A DNA stretch of 64,000 nt from IMG/VR virus record IMGVR_UViG_3300036766_000889; one strand, 5' to 3'. Below, piece by piece: positions 1 through 9,663 of the stretch. The position numbers and the translations under genes are program-made. The first letter of the stretch is position 1; each line of letters starts with the position of its first letter. The notes below the pieces were generated by a model. It saw nothing but the letters and a program-made list of their open reading frames with translations. It had not been told where the DNA came from and made no database searches. The DNA comes from a virus.

Positions 1-3000
1 GTTTATATACTGTTGACCGATGGAATCCTGTGCGAGATGAAGTTCAACGTTTTTACCAAGTGGACCTTCATCGACATTTATGAGAACACCACACGGTCTT
101 AAACTAGACCCTGCTGCTATCGGATACCCTGGAGTGCAAGAAATAACAGCACACCGAAAATCAAACTTCCAGTCTGCTGATGGACTAAGAATATCGTTAA
201 GGAATAACGGGTCAACAAAGCTATACGCTCTGTAGTCAACGTTGCTCGAGTCAGTTATCCGTAAAGTTCTGCCGAAAAGTCTCGCGGACTGCGTACCGGA
301 CATGTTCCATGGAGAAACCTCAAGTTCTGGATAATTTTCTCCAAACCATGAAACTCTCGGTTCAGGATTTGAGTCGCGTCCGAAATAAGTTCCAACTTGA
401 ATGCCAAGCTTTTCAACGGCGTGACCACCGATGACCTGAATAGACGATTCAACACCAAGAGATTTGTTCGTAAATTTGACTTTTCCATCTACGGCAGATG
501 CCATGGCAAATGGCAACTGAGAATTGATTATATTTGATATCGTTACAGCGTCAGTGATAGAGTATGTGAATGATAGAGTTTGTGGTAAACCGCCATCGAT
601 GGATAAAATCATAGTGTCACCTGACACTATAGGGAAAGGCTCAGTTAAAATACCGGTAACAGTCGAAGGTGTTGGGACTCCTTGTATAAATACAAGGTGA
701 ACGGAAAGTTCTCCGTCATCGAGAAATACACCAGATGCTCTATTGTCTAAAGAAAATGTGTAAAATCCAACGCTAGCGGTAAACTCAATGGAACTAGAAG
801 TCGTATTTTGTAAGATCGGTTCTAGTCGGATGAATCCACGATAAGCACCGGTCGATAAACCAAGAGAGTCCTCTGTCCCGACCGGAGCGCTTGATGTCGA
901 ATCCAGAATGAGTTTTCCAGAAACAACCCTGTCGTAACCACCTTGTCCTATTGTTATCCACGGAGCAAAAGGATCTTTCTCCGGAACATCGATAGGTTCA
1001 TATACGACTGATTTGTTATCTATAACTTGATCGAAGTCAAGTGGCGTTACATTTACCCGTACGAAATTCCAGAAGCTAATAGAGGAAGCTTGTCTTGATA
1101 ATGAACCAAAGAAAGCTTGCTGAACCTGGTCTATCCTAAGGTCAACATCAGAAGCTGCCGGGAGAGAGTTTATCTTGATAGAAGCAAGCGGTACGGGGTC
1201 ACCACCAGCATAGAGAGATACGACATCGTCATTTTTGTAAAGTCTGTACGTGGAAGTTATGGTCCAATCAAATGCGGATCCGACCCAACTTGTTTCGAGT
1301 TCCGGAAACTGAGCCTTTATGAGTATTCCAACTTGTCTGACAGGACCAACTACGTTAACCGTGTCTTCAACATAGTGAACGCCCGGTTGCACTCTGTGAG
1401 CATTGAAGCTGTCTGACAGTATGTTGATTAATGATATAGCGGTTTCAGGACTTGATGCATCAGGTTCGTACACAACATCAAAAACATCGGCAATGAGATG
1501 GACGACTCCATCTCCAAGAGTTCCTCTATTAATGTGTTGATTAAACAGAAACTTCAGTCTGTTTGTAAGAATTATTAAAGACGTTTCATCTGTAGCCGAC
1601 ACGACATCAACGGAATCCTGAGGAGAGTTTGGTCTATGCACACCCGTAGTAATTAGGTGAGCGTTAAACTTCTCCATGAGCGTGTTAGCTCGTGACATGG
1701 CTGATGACAGGTTGTTAGCTGTCGTTTCAAGAAGACCAGCCAAAGCAAGAGTATAACCGTCAGTGAACCCAAACCCAGGACCAACCACAACACCGTCGTT
1801 GTGTATTCCAGCAGTAACAAGTGAGCCAGCAGTAAAACCTAACCCGGAACCAAACGATAAGTCATCACTTTGACTTGATTGCGCACTCATGCGGAAAGCC
1901 GCAGAAACTGTGCTAGGAAACCCAAGATTAAGAGGATACGTATAAAACGGAGGATTACTGTATGGACCGGATTGGACGTCAATATCTGCAAGTGTGAGTT
2001 GAGAACCCCCAGGCTCGAGAAATACGACACCAGATCCCTTCGACACCCACGGGTCAGTTGACATATCCGGAAGTGTCGTCGGGTCGTATCTTACAGTAGT
2101 TTCCTCAACAGTCGTTTCAAATACTGGGTATGCAACTCGGTTACCCGGCACATTGAGAAGGAGCGTGTTTGGATCGTTCAAAACAGCGGTATAAACTCTC
2201 TCGAGACCTTTGTACTTCCAGCCAACTTTTAGTGGTTGAAATGGAGCACCAATTGTCCCATCATATGAAGTCGGATCTAAAAGGAAAGATCTGGCTCTAT
2301 AAGTGTGGCCAGGAAGGCCGACAACGCCATTGTTACCGCACTCATTCAAGACGAATTCAGGAGTGTTAAGACGTTCAAATCTCGTTGGAGGATTGGAAAG
2401 ATAACTATAATCGACCGTGATCACATCACCGTGGACCGGTTCATCAGTAAGAACTATAGCCCCGAGTAAACCAAATACAACGTCAACTGAAACTGGGATT
2501 CCGTTAGAGTAGTTCGTGCCGACTCGTACTACAACATCTGAAGGATCGTCAGCTACCTGATCGGTTCTAGGGTCTTGTATGATCCACGCAAATGGCCCGA
2601 TCAAAGGCCCGCTCCCCACGATTGATTCCGTTTCGGGAGTTGTTATACGACTATCTTTATCCCTTGACAGATGAACGATATCATCCTGTCTGTGGAGCTC
2701 CATTTTTCTGCGAAGGTCATTCGCCAGGAGCATTGCTGACGGTAGGTTATAAGCTTCACTAGCTTGTGGTAGGTCTTTCAGGTCAGGTTCAATATGGACG
2801 GGACCGCCAATACTAAACACAGTGTTTAAGTGGTTTGAGAAAGCACTCAAGAGACCATTCAACAAAATTGTGGCCGATGTTATGTCAACAACAAATCCTG
2901 CGTTTGCGTTATTAACTATGTCTTGGTTGACATGAGATATCGAGACTTTATGTTGGTTATACCTATACTGTAATTCATTTGACAAAGCCATGAGGGTATC

Positions 3001-3303
3001 AAGCGTAGCTTGCTCATCGGCCCAGTCAAAACTAGCATTGTCAAGTTCAACAGTGGAACTCGACATGACTTTCGATATGTAAAATGTTCCATCATTTCTC
3101 CCGGATGGAGAACCGGAGATCACGAGTTGTTTGCCAACATGCGATTGTGAGAAAGGCATGGATGACACTGAAACCGACCTCGGACCAGTTATCAATAAAT
3201 CAGCCCCTCCGACTAGCTGGATCGGTTTCTTGACTATAGGTCCCCTATGCGTGAACAAAGTTCGATCCGCAGCAGACCCAAGTCCCGTGAAAAATACTGT
3301 CAT
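1..3303 (-). CDS. Large virion structural (baseplate/tail-associated) protein, 3' end runs off the window; contains His-x6-His helical repeats
   Basis: Absent from the ORF track because there is no stop in the window. Manual translation from ATG at 3303 gives MTVFFTGLGSAADRTLFTHRGPIVKKP...; the frame was open where spot-checked (3303-2820, ~1700, 60-1). Contains motifs such as SNELQYRYNQHKVSISH and ANTLMEKFNAHLITTGVH. Confidence 0.75.
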   Translation of the reverse strand, partial: MTVFFTGLGSAADRTLFTHRGPIVKKPIQLVGGADLLITGPRSVSVSSMPFSQSHVGKQLVISGSPSGRNDGTFYISKVMSSSTVELDNASFDWADEQATLDTLMALSNELQYRYNQHKVSISHVNQDIVNNANAGFVVDITSATILLNGLLSAFSNHLNTVFSIGGPVHIEPDLKDLPQASEAYNLPSAMLLANDLRRKMELHRQDDIVHLSRDKDSRITTPETESIVGSGPLIGPFAWIIQDPRTDQVADDPSDVVVRVGTNYSNGIPVSVDVVFGLLGAIVLTDEPVHGDVITVDYSYLSNPPTRFERLNTPEFVLNECGNNGVVGLPGHTYRARSFLLDPTSYDGTIGAPFQPLKVGWKYKGLERVYTAVLNDPNTLLLNVPGNRVAYPVFETTVEETTVRYDPTTLPDMSTDPWVSKGSGVVFLEPGGSQLTLADIDVQSGPYSNPPFYTYPLNLGFPSTVSAAFRMSAQSSQSDDLSFGSGLGFTAGSLVTAGIHNDGVVVGPGFGFTDGYTLALAGLLETTANNLSSAMSRANTLMEKFNAHLITTGVHRPNSPQDSVDVVSATDETSLIILTNRLKFLFNQHINRGTLGDGVVHLIADVFDVVYEPDASSPETAISLINILSDSFNAHRVQPGVHYVEDTVNVVGPVRQVGILIKAQFPELETSWVGSAFDWTITSTYRLYKNDDVVSLYAGGDPVPLASIKINSLPAASDVDLRIDQVQQAFFGSLSRQASSISFWNFVRVNVTPLDFDQVIDNKSVVYEPIDVPEKDPFAPWITIGQGGYDRVVSGKLILDSTSSAPVGTEDSLGLSTGAYRGFIRLEPILQNTTSSSIEFTASVGFYTFSLDNRASGVFLDDGELSVHLVFIQGVPTPSTVTGILTEPFPIVSGDTMILSIDGGLPQTLSFTYSITDAVTISNIINSQLPFAMASAVDGKVKFTNKSLGVESSIQVIGGHAVEKLGIQVGTYFGRDSNPEPRVSWFGENYPELEVSPWNMSGTQSARLFGRTLRITDSSNVDYRAYSFVDPLFLNDILSPSADWKFDFRCAVISCTPGYPIAAGSSLRPCGVLINVDEGPLGKNVELHLAQDSIGQQYIN

Positions 3304-3333
3304 CGTTTACGCTGTTCAATAGAGAGTCTGAAT

Positions 3334-6138
3334 TTAGGGCTGGATCGGGTTTCCGAACAAATCCGACAAGCCCCCAATATCAAGACCATACGTAACAAAA
3401 TCTTTCATCCCGCGAACTTGTACACGCAAAACTCTTGGGTTACTCCAATATGATTCGCCAACCAGTAGTCCAGGCGGGCCAGTAAAACTGAGCTGAGCAA
3501 GCGTTACAGGTTCTTCGCGCATCGGCTTAGAAAAGAAGACATCGAGTTGGTCCTTTACCAATTTTTCTTTTGGCGACCCTCGTCCGGCTCCAGGTTCTGG
3601 TGAAGCAGATGCTATGAATGGTGGGTCAGATACGCCCAAAAATGACGCGCTTATTCTTCTTGTTGTTGGTGACGGGCGTGAGTATGGGTCATTCGAAAGA
3701 ACCTTCAGATCAGCTGTGATGGTATACTCAGACCCATCAGTGAGACCATCGTAATGAAACATAATAGTGTCAAAAAGCTTAGAAAACTGTAGTCTTGGTC
3801 CTTTGGCATAATGGGACGAAAGGTTATTTCTATGAGCAAAAAGTGCTCTGCTTAAAGCGATAGCGACGATAGAAGCTGATTTCAAATCAACCGCGTCTGG
3901 TTCGTAAACTGCGTCGGCCGAAGCCTGGAAAATATGATATATACCATCAACATTTGCGACATGACGGTTATATACGCTTTTCAAAAAATTAACAGCCGTG
4001 ACTATTGACTCTTCACTCATTGACGGAATGTTGGAATCGTTAAAGTCATCAAGTGTATCAGTTAGTATATGTACAGGAATTTGTCCTGATGGGGATACCC
4101 CAGATTCAGACAAATGAGTCCTGAAAACTTGCATCAGTTCTTCTATGAGAGCTTGTATCGAATAGACGGACGTCTCAAGGGATATGCTTGTAACGTTGAC
4201 AGGAAGACCATCCGTATTTGTTATCCGTACATCTTCCGTTCTAGGCATAACGAGATCAGCGGATGTTCTAATGCTTAAAGAACGTTTGCGAGGTAGGACT
4301 GACATTAAACTAACTTCACCAAATGGTGAAGTTGTGAAAACGAACGGCGTATCTTGAAAATCAGCACTATTGAGATTTACCGTTATGGTATACTTCGGAA
4401 TCGATGCTTCACTGACTAGTTTCAACCTGGCCGCATATGTAAACCCATCTCTAATGGGTGGTGCAGAATCGGGGTCAGCAAATGGAGTAGTAGAGTCAAC
4501 TTCAACAGGAAACTCATAAATTATATGATTGTTGAAAACATCCTTCATTGTTGAAGAAATTGACAGAGCAGAAACTGGGTCTATCACAGTTTGAGGCGTT
4601 AGAGTATTAACATCGTCAAAATATAGGTGTGGAGGTCTAGAAGCCAAGTGCGCAACGTATTTTATCTGTAACTCGTTCAATAACGAAATAGCTTCTGATG
4701 TGGTTGTTATAGATGGAGTGATGCATTCTGGATGCGAGTATGGAGCGTTCGGGGTGTTTACAGTATCCTCATATGAGTGCCATGGACCAAGTTCATGCAT
4801 AGACAAACGAGTTTTGAGTTCATCAGCAATGAGTGACGCGGAGTATAAATCAGATGAGTCATTCGGATCTGCAGATGTAATAATATTTTCGTTGTCCGTA
4901 GCTATGTGATAAGGAATGACTCCGAACAACGCACTTAGATGCGAGTTAAACCCGTATTTAAGAGCAGTGGCTAGTGATACAGCTTGTTGAATCGTAAATG
5001 CAGGTTCAAGGTCCACCACATCTGCCATGTCGGGGTTAGAATGTGATGGAACAGTAACGGAGTGTGAATTAAATTTTTCTAATAAATCATTCAGAAGTCC
5101 CGTTACTGACGCGACAGATGGCGGTGAATCGGCATCTGCAAAATGAACATTTTGAAATGACAAATGACTATTGAATTTAGACTTAAAATCTAAGCATATC
5201 GCAATAAGTGAAGGAGAATCAATAGGATCCGGAGCAGTGACTGGAAGAGAGTCACCAGAAAGGTGAACACCTTCTTTCGTAACATTCCATTTTGAAATGT
5301 CAGTTATATCAGTCGAAAGCATCGGGCAGCTAAAGAAAACGTCAACGTACGCGTTACGCTCTGCTGGAACTACCTTGCTAACATGTGCGGATGTGACTGT
5401 TGGAGTTGATATGTCAGCATAAGAAAAAGGAGGAGGAGAAGTAAGTCTCAAATCAAGAAAAACTTCACCGTCACCTGTATTAAAAGATGAGTCTGTGACT
5501 TTCTGATACTGAATTAGGAACTTATCTCCAGAAACGAGTCCGGGTTGAATTCTGAATCTTATGTTCGTTTCAGGAACGTCCGGAAAGCTTATAACCGGCA
5601 AAAGAACCGACATAGGTAAAACGGTGTCACCAACAATGGGAAAAATCTGAGCAGTGGCGTAAATCGTAGACGTATCTCGAACCGATTTATCGAACACTAT
5701 GTCGATACAAGACCTGTCAGAGAGGAAAGCTCCGACTGCTCGAGGTGGGGCTGGAACCGAAGCACTGAAGTTATAGGTAGAGGTTGAAGATATTCTGCCG
5801 TCCAGTGAATGAATGTCTTGAAGTAACAAAGAGTAAACAGCGGATAGTGTGAAGTCTCCAGAAAAAGTAACGGCGACAGATGTCATATCGCTATCAAAGA
5901 ATTCAACTGAAATAGCAGAAGGTATGAAAATCTCTGGAACACCAAAAACTGGTGATAAAAAATAGGCTCTTGGCCTTAAAGCACTTTCGTCTACAGGAAC
6001 CTCAAATACGACTCTTAGTGTAATAGAGTCAAGAACATGGACTCTAAAACCAAATGACGGTCCCTGATTGGGAAGAATGCCGAGAACAATCTTTCCTAGC
6101 AAACTTCCAGGCTGACCGAGGATAGACTGATTCGGCAC
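3334..6138 (-). CDS. Virion structural protein (934 aa) with Ig-like beta segments and ~9 His-x6-His helical repeats
   Basis: Long ORF in the tail cluster; repeats such as LNELQIKYVAHLASRPPH; C-terminal LDVFFSKPM...DLFGNPI resembles an Ig-like (SbsA-type) domain. Confidence 0.65.
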   Translation of the reverse strand: MPNQSILGQPGSLLGKIVLGILPNQGPSFGFRVHVLDSITLRVVFEVPVDESALRPRAYFLSPVFGVPEIFIPSAISVEFFDSDMTSVAVTFSGDFTLSAVYSLLLQDIHSLDGRISSTSTYNFSASVPAPPRAVGAFLSDRSCIDIVFDKSVRDTSTIYATAQIFPIVGDTVLPMSVLLPVISFPDVPETNIRFRIQPGLVSGDKFLIQYQKVTDSSFNTGDGEVFLDLRLTSPPPFSYADISTPTVTSAHVSKVVPAERNAYVDVFFSCPMLSTDITDISKWNVTKEGVHLSGDSLPVTAPDPIDSPSLIAICLDFKSKFNSHLSFQNVHFADADSPPSVASVTGLLNDLLEKFNSHSVTVPSHSNPDMADVVDLEPAFTIQQAVSLATALKYGFNSHLSALFGVIPYHIATDNENIITSADPNDSSDLYSASLIADELKTRLSMHELGPWHSYEDTVNTPNAPYSHPECITPSITTTSEAISLLNELQIKYVAHLASRPPHLYFDDVNTLTPQTVIDPVSALSISSTMKDVFNNHIIYEFPVEVDSTTPFADPDSAPPIRDGFTYAARLKLVSEASIPKYTITVNLNSADFQDTPFVFTTSPFGEVSLMSVLPRKRSLSIRTSADLVMPRTEDVRITNTDGLPVNVTSISLETSVYSIQALIEELMQVFRTHLSESGVSPSGQIPVHILTDTLDDFNDSNIPSMSEESIVTAVNFLKSVYNRHVANVDGIYHIFQASADAVYEPDAVDLKSASIVAIALSRALFAHRNNLSSHYAKGPRLQFSKLFDTIMFHYDGLTDGSEYTITADLKVLSNDPYSRPSPTTRRISASFLGVSDPPFIASASPEPGAGRGSPKEKLVKDQLDVFFSKPMREEPVTLAQLSFTGPPGLLVGESYWSNPRVLRVQVRGMKDFVTYGLDIGGLSDLFGNPIQP

Positions 6139-6140
6139 TA

Positions 6141-6602
6141 TTAGCCCCTAGGATAGCGAAATAAACTCGCCATCTTTTCCATAGCACTTAGGTTCTCTTG
6201 TGTCTGAGTCTGACCTGTACGAATACAGACAATATCACCGATTTCTGGATTTTTAAGTCCTTCCTGATTAGGGATGAAAATGTAGTTCGTTAGATCTCGA
6301 ATCTGAAGCCTTCCGATTCCGATAGACTTAATCGGCCCAGCGGCATTCTTAAACATTTCAAACTCACATTTATGATATGAAGACAAAATGGATGTTGATG
6401 TGAATCTCACCAAAACAGAACCGTTAGGAAGAATAGTTGAGACTTCTCCCATCGGAGGATCCATAGTCTGATCTAGACCAGGGTTAGCAGACATCTTAGA
6501 TGAGTTCCCTCCTTGAACACCAGAGACTGTTCTCATTTGCGTAGGTACAAAACCCGCATTTGAGTTTTGAAAAAGTAACTGTCCGGGTTTTTTGGGATCC
6601 AT
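6141..6602 (-). CDS. Hypothetical protein (153 aa)
   Basis: ORF with upstream AGGAGAGG RBS, tightly packed in the operon. Confidence 0.6.
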   Translation of the reverse strand: MDPKKPGQLLFQNSNAGFVPTQMRTVSGVQGGNSSKMSANPGLDQTMDPPMGEVSTILPNGSVLVRFTSTSILSSYHKCEFEMFKNAAGPIKSIGIGRLQIRDLTNYIFIPNQEGLKNPEIGDIVCIRTGQTQTQENLSAMEKMASLFRYPRG

Positions 6603-6610
6603 CTGTCAAC

Positions 6611-6648
6611 CTCTCCTAGAAAGTGTCCACGTTGAGCGTGCGAGCAAT
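6611..6648. repeat. 38-bp direct repeat, copy 1 (duplicate of the tail-fibre gene 3' end plus RBS)
   Basis: ctctcctagaaagtgtccacgttgagcgtgcgagcaat matches 7256-7293 at 36/38. Confidence 0.9.
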
Positions 6649-6657
6649 GTTTACCCG

Positions 6658-7245
6658 TCATCGGTTATCGACGATCGCGTTGATGCTATCTAGCGTGGTC
6701 GCCGCCACCACCTGTGCCTTCAACGCAGCTCCGCCATCGCGGATTGCGCGGATTGCAGTCACAGCCGCAGCATGGAACTCCTCGACCGCCGCCGCGTCTT
6801 CCAGCGATACGGAATCGAGATCGTTCTTCACGAAGAAGACGACCGGATACGCGAAACTTGGCGCATTTCTGCTGTTGAATGCGCCAGTTATGTTCAACTG
6901 CGACACCTCGGACAAACCAAACAGTTTGCCGCTTGCAGAAGGATACTCGAAGCCACCAGCCGCAATCAGCTCAGACGTCTTAGATTTGATGGCCCTGAGT
7001 TTTCCCTCCTTGAGCGCGACGAGCACTTTGGAAGGCTGGTTGTGCGTAGCAACCACTGCGTTCAGCAGCGATCGATCCCCTTGCGACACCGGCCCCGCGA
7101 AACCAATGCGCAGCCCCGATCGAAGACCTCGCACAAGAGACGGTCGCTGTGAAAGCCCAGCTTCCGCCAGCTCTTTTGCGAGCGCGGAATAATCGACTTC
7201 ACCGTTCGCTGTTGCGGAGAAGGGGTATTCAACAATGACGTTCAT
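6658..7245 (-). CDS. DUF4376-like tail-fibre-associated protein (195 aa)
   Basis: LKEGKLRAIKSKTSELIAAGGFEY...SQLNITG...LKAQVVAATTLDSINAI is typical of DUF4376-type proteins; lies directly downstream of the fibre gene. Confidence 0.65.
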   Translation of the reverse strand: MNVIVEYPFSATANGEVDYSALAKELAEAGLSQRPSLVRGLRSGLRIGFAGPVSQGDRSLLNAVVATHNQPSKVLVALKEGKLRAIKSKTSELIAAGGFEYPSASGKLFGLSEVSQLNITGAFNSRNAPSFAYPVVFFVKNDLDSVSLEDAAAVEEFHAAAVTAIRAIRDGGAALKAQVVAATTLDSINAIVDNR

Positions 7246-7255
7246 GTGCGACCAG

Positions 7256-7293
7256 CTCTCCTAGAAAGTATCCACGTTGAGCGTGCGAGCGAT
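7256..7293. repeat. 38-bp direct repeat, copy 2 (fibre C-terminus [10 protein letters not shown] plus RBS)
   Basis: ctctcctagaaagtatccacgttgagcgtgcgagcgat. Confidence 0.9.
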
Positions 7294-8796
7294 TGTAAAC
7301 AACGTGCCTGCGAGGACTACGCGACGACCGTTGGAAGCGAGAGCGGCTCCGTTGGGGTTGATGTTGAAACCAAGCTCGCCTGGGTTTCCAGGGCAAAAAA
7401 CTTGAGACCACGGCTGATCCAAGCCTTGCAGAGAAACGTGAAGCCCGCCCAGGTTGTCTCCCACTGTTGAGTGCGCGACAAAGGCTTGGACGCCGCTGAA
7501 GTACGCGATATGCGGGATGTAGTTGTAACGACCGGCAATCGGACCAGGCGGAAACACGTCTGCACGTTGCGTCCAGGTGATGCCGTCCGGCGACGATATG
7601 ATGTACGCAAAGCTATCAAGACCGTTGTAGCCGACAGCAACAAACTCGCCATTGCCAAAGGCAACGTCTTCAAGCGACACGAAGTTCGCGGCAATTGAAG
7701 GAGACGTCCGGGAGGTCCAGGTCACTCCGTTAGACGACGTCAGGATGACTCCGCGATCCGCAGCCGGTCCATTGCCAACGGCGACAAACGTCCCATTACC
7801 ATAAGCGATTCCATACAGTGACACGGGGAGGATTTCGGGTTGTGGGCGATGAGTCCAGGTGACTCCGTCTGGAGAACTTTGAATTTCTCCAGAAAGGCCA
7901 ACTGCCACCCACATGCCGCCGCCAAAGACCACATCTTCCAGTGTCGATGCAGGGAAGAAACCGGCCCCGACCGTTCTTTGGACAGTGGCACCGAATAAAG
8001 TGTCCAGCGTGTGGATTACCATGTTACCAGGCGCGTACCCGCCCACAAGAACGAACCTACCAACGCCGTCGCTCGCAACGCCTGTGAAGGTGCCCGAAAA
8101 AACGGATCCCGGCGTTACCTGTACCCAGTATTTGGCATCAGCATAGGAAGCAAAAACGGAAGCGCGGGTACCGAACGGTGAACCACCGCACGTCTCGCCA
8201 CATACCACCCAATACTCGTTTGGGAAGCCGAAATCGGTGAGAGGACCAGATGCTGCCGCACGAAGGTCATTCGTGCCAGTTGGGCTTGGCGCATACGGAA
8301 TCTCGATATTGAAAGCCAACGGTCCTTGAGGACCAGGACCGGTAGGTCCCTGAAGTCCGGTAGGTCCCTGAAGTCCGGTAGGTCCCTGAAGTCCGGTGAA
8401 CCCTTGAGGACCAGTAGCGCCCTGAGGACCAGTAGGTCCCTGAAGTCCGACCGATCCAATAGACCCAGTGGGTCCAAGCGGGCCAACAGGACCAAGTGCC
8501 CCGGTAGGACCAGCAAAATCCTGAGTAAGTTTACTAAGAGCACCAGCCGTCAAAACATGAAAACATGCCGCCCCGGATTGGTGAGAATTCGGAATTGTCC
8601 CCTCTACCCCACGCTGAACGGAAAATACGTTCCCGGTAACACCAACAACAAGCATTATCTCGCTATCGATGAGGATTCGAAATTGGGGTTGAAGAGGGAA
8701 TATGGAACCGGAGGTAACCTGACAAAAGCCCACAGATGAGTCCATGGATAGGTTAATGGTCCCCTGAGAATTATTAGCAAAACGTTCAAGTGCCAT
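7261..8796 (-). CDS. Tail fibre / receptor-binding protein: N-terminal anchor, collagen-like G-X-Y stalk, BNR/Asp-box beta-propeller head
   Basis: (GPTGLQ)n collagen repeats (~8320-8511); repeated [24 protein letters not shown] and [10 protein letters not shown] motifs. Confidence 0.8.
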   Translation of the reverse strand: MALERFANNSQGTINLSMDSSVGFCQVTSGSIFPLQPQFRILIDSEIMLVVGVTGNVFSVQRGVEGTIPNSHQSGAACFHVLTAGALSKLTQDFAGPTGALGPVGPLGPTGSIGSVGLQGPTGPQGATGPQGFTGLQGPTGLQGPTGLQGPTGPGPQGPLAFNIEIPYAPSPTGTNDLRAAASGPLTDFGFPNEYWVVCGETCGGSPFGTRASVFASYADAKYWVQVTPGSVFSGTFTGVASDGVGRFVLVGGYAPGNMVIHTLDTLFGATVQRTVGAGFFPASTLEDVVFGGGMWVAVGLSGEIQSSPDGVTWTHRPQPEILPVSLYGIAYGNGTFVAVGNGPAADRGVILTSSNGVTWTSRTSPSIAANFVSLEDVAFGNGEFVAVGYNGLDSFAYIISSPDGITWTQRADVFPPGPIAGRYNYIPHIAYFSGVQAFVAHSTVGDNLGGLHVSLQGLDQPWSQVFCPGNPGELGFNINPNGAALASNGRRVVLAGTLFTIARTLNVDTF

Positions 8797-8849
8797 ATTA
8801 ATTACTCAGCATAAGAGACCCAGTCCATTAACCCAAATCAACAAATATT

Positions 8850-9659
8850 CTAGTAGTCGTTGCTATGATCCTCATTGGTCACATTCACGGCTTTTTTAAA
8901 CCCTTTTCTATCTAAACCAGCAACACCTTCTGTGAATTTCCGAAAGTCTTCGTATGAATAATTCGATAAAATTGATTTAGAAGAGTCCCCAATCTTTCCT
9001 TTATGGGATTGGGTTCTCTTCCCTAGATAAACATCCTGCAAAATGAACTTTAGGTTGTAGAGAGTATGAGATGGTCTAATGATGGAAAGAAGAATGCGTA
9101 TATTTTTTTCTGCAAGAATTGTATTGATGGACCCGGGGTTTGGAAGAACAACATCTATTGTTATACCAAACTCGTCAGAAATATCATAACCGGAGTCTTT
9201 CTTTCTACCATTAAGAAAGTTCTCACGAACTATTATATTTCCTCCAGTAACGAGTTCAACAGCCTTTTGAATTGATTGAGGTATACTTCCATTGAAATAA
9301 ACCGATATGACTTGGTTTAAGAAATCTCTAAACTCAATGTCTGTTTTCTCAATGTCCGGTGCCCCGTCTGTACCTGGAAAAACGGAAGATGTAAGAATTT
9401 GATATAAGAATTCAGTTCTTGTAGTTGAGTATGACTGGTCGATCTGAATATCTTCAAGTGATAAACGAAGACGCGCAATCGAAATTGCCATGGCCTTCAC
9501 TTCACGAGCATATAACGGACCGTCGATGGAAGACTTCCAGTAATCAGAAAGCAACGATAAAATAATCTTGAAGTTACGTTGAGACTCGTCATCGAGTCTT
9601 GATATCCACTCTTCACCGGCTTCGTACGTATTGAAATTTTTGCGGACTATTATGGCCAT
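8850..9659 (-). CDS. Baseplate wedge subunit (P2 gpI / T4 gp7-like)
   Basis: Follows the J-like gene; NGSIPQSIQKAVEL and ILLSIIRPSHT resemble the gpI-type motifs. Confidence 0.55.
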   Translation of the reverse strand: MAIIVRKNFNTYEAGEEWISRLDDESQRNFKIILSLLSDYWKSSIDGPLYAREVKAMAISIARLRLSLEDIQIDQSYSTTRTEFLYQILTSSVFPGTDGAPDIEKTDIEFRDFLNQVISVYFNGSIPQSIQKAVELVTGGNIIVRENFLNGRKKDSGYDISDEFGITIDVVLPNPGSINTILAEKNIRILLSIIRPSHTLYNLKFILQDVYLGKRTQSHKGKIGDSSKSILSNYSYEDFRKFTEGVAGLDRKGFKKAVNVTNEDHSNDY

Positions 9660-9663
9660 AATA

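Noticed and set aside
255-3453. Short ORFs listed in the first 3.4 kb
   Set aside because: They overlap the long minus-strand frame 1-3303 and show no recognisable features.
6611-7293. DGR template/variable repeat pair at the fibre C-terminus
   Set aside because: Only 38 bp with two synonymous differences, and no reverse transcriptase in the window.
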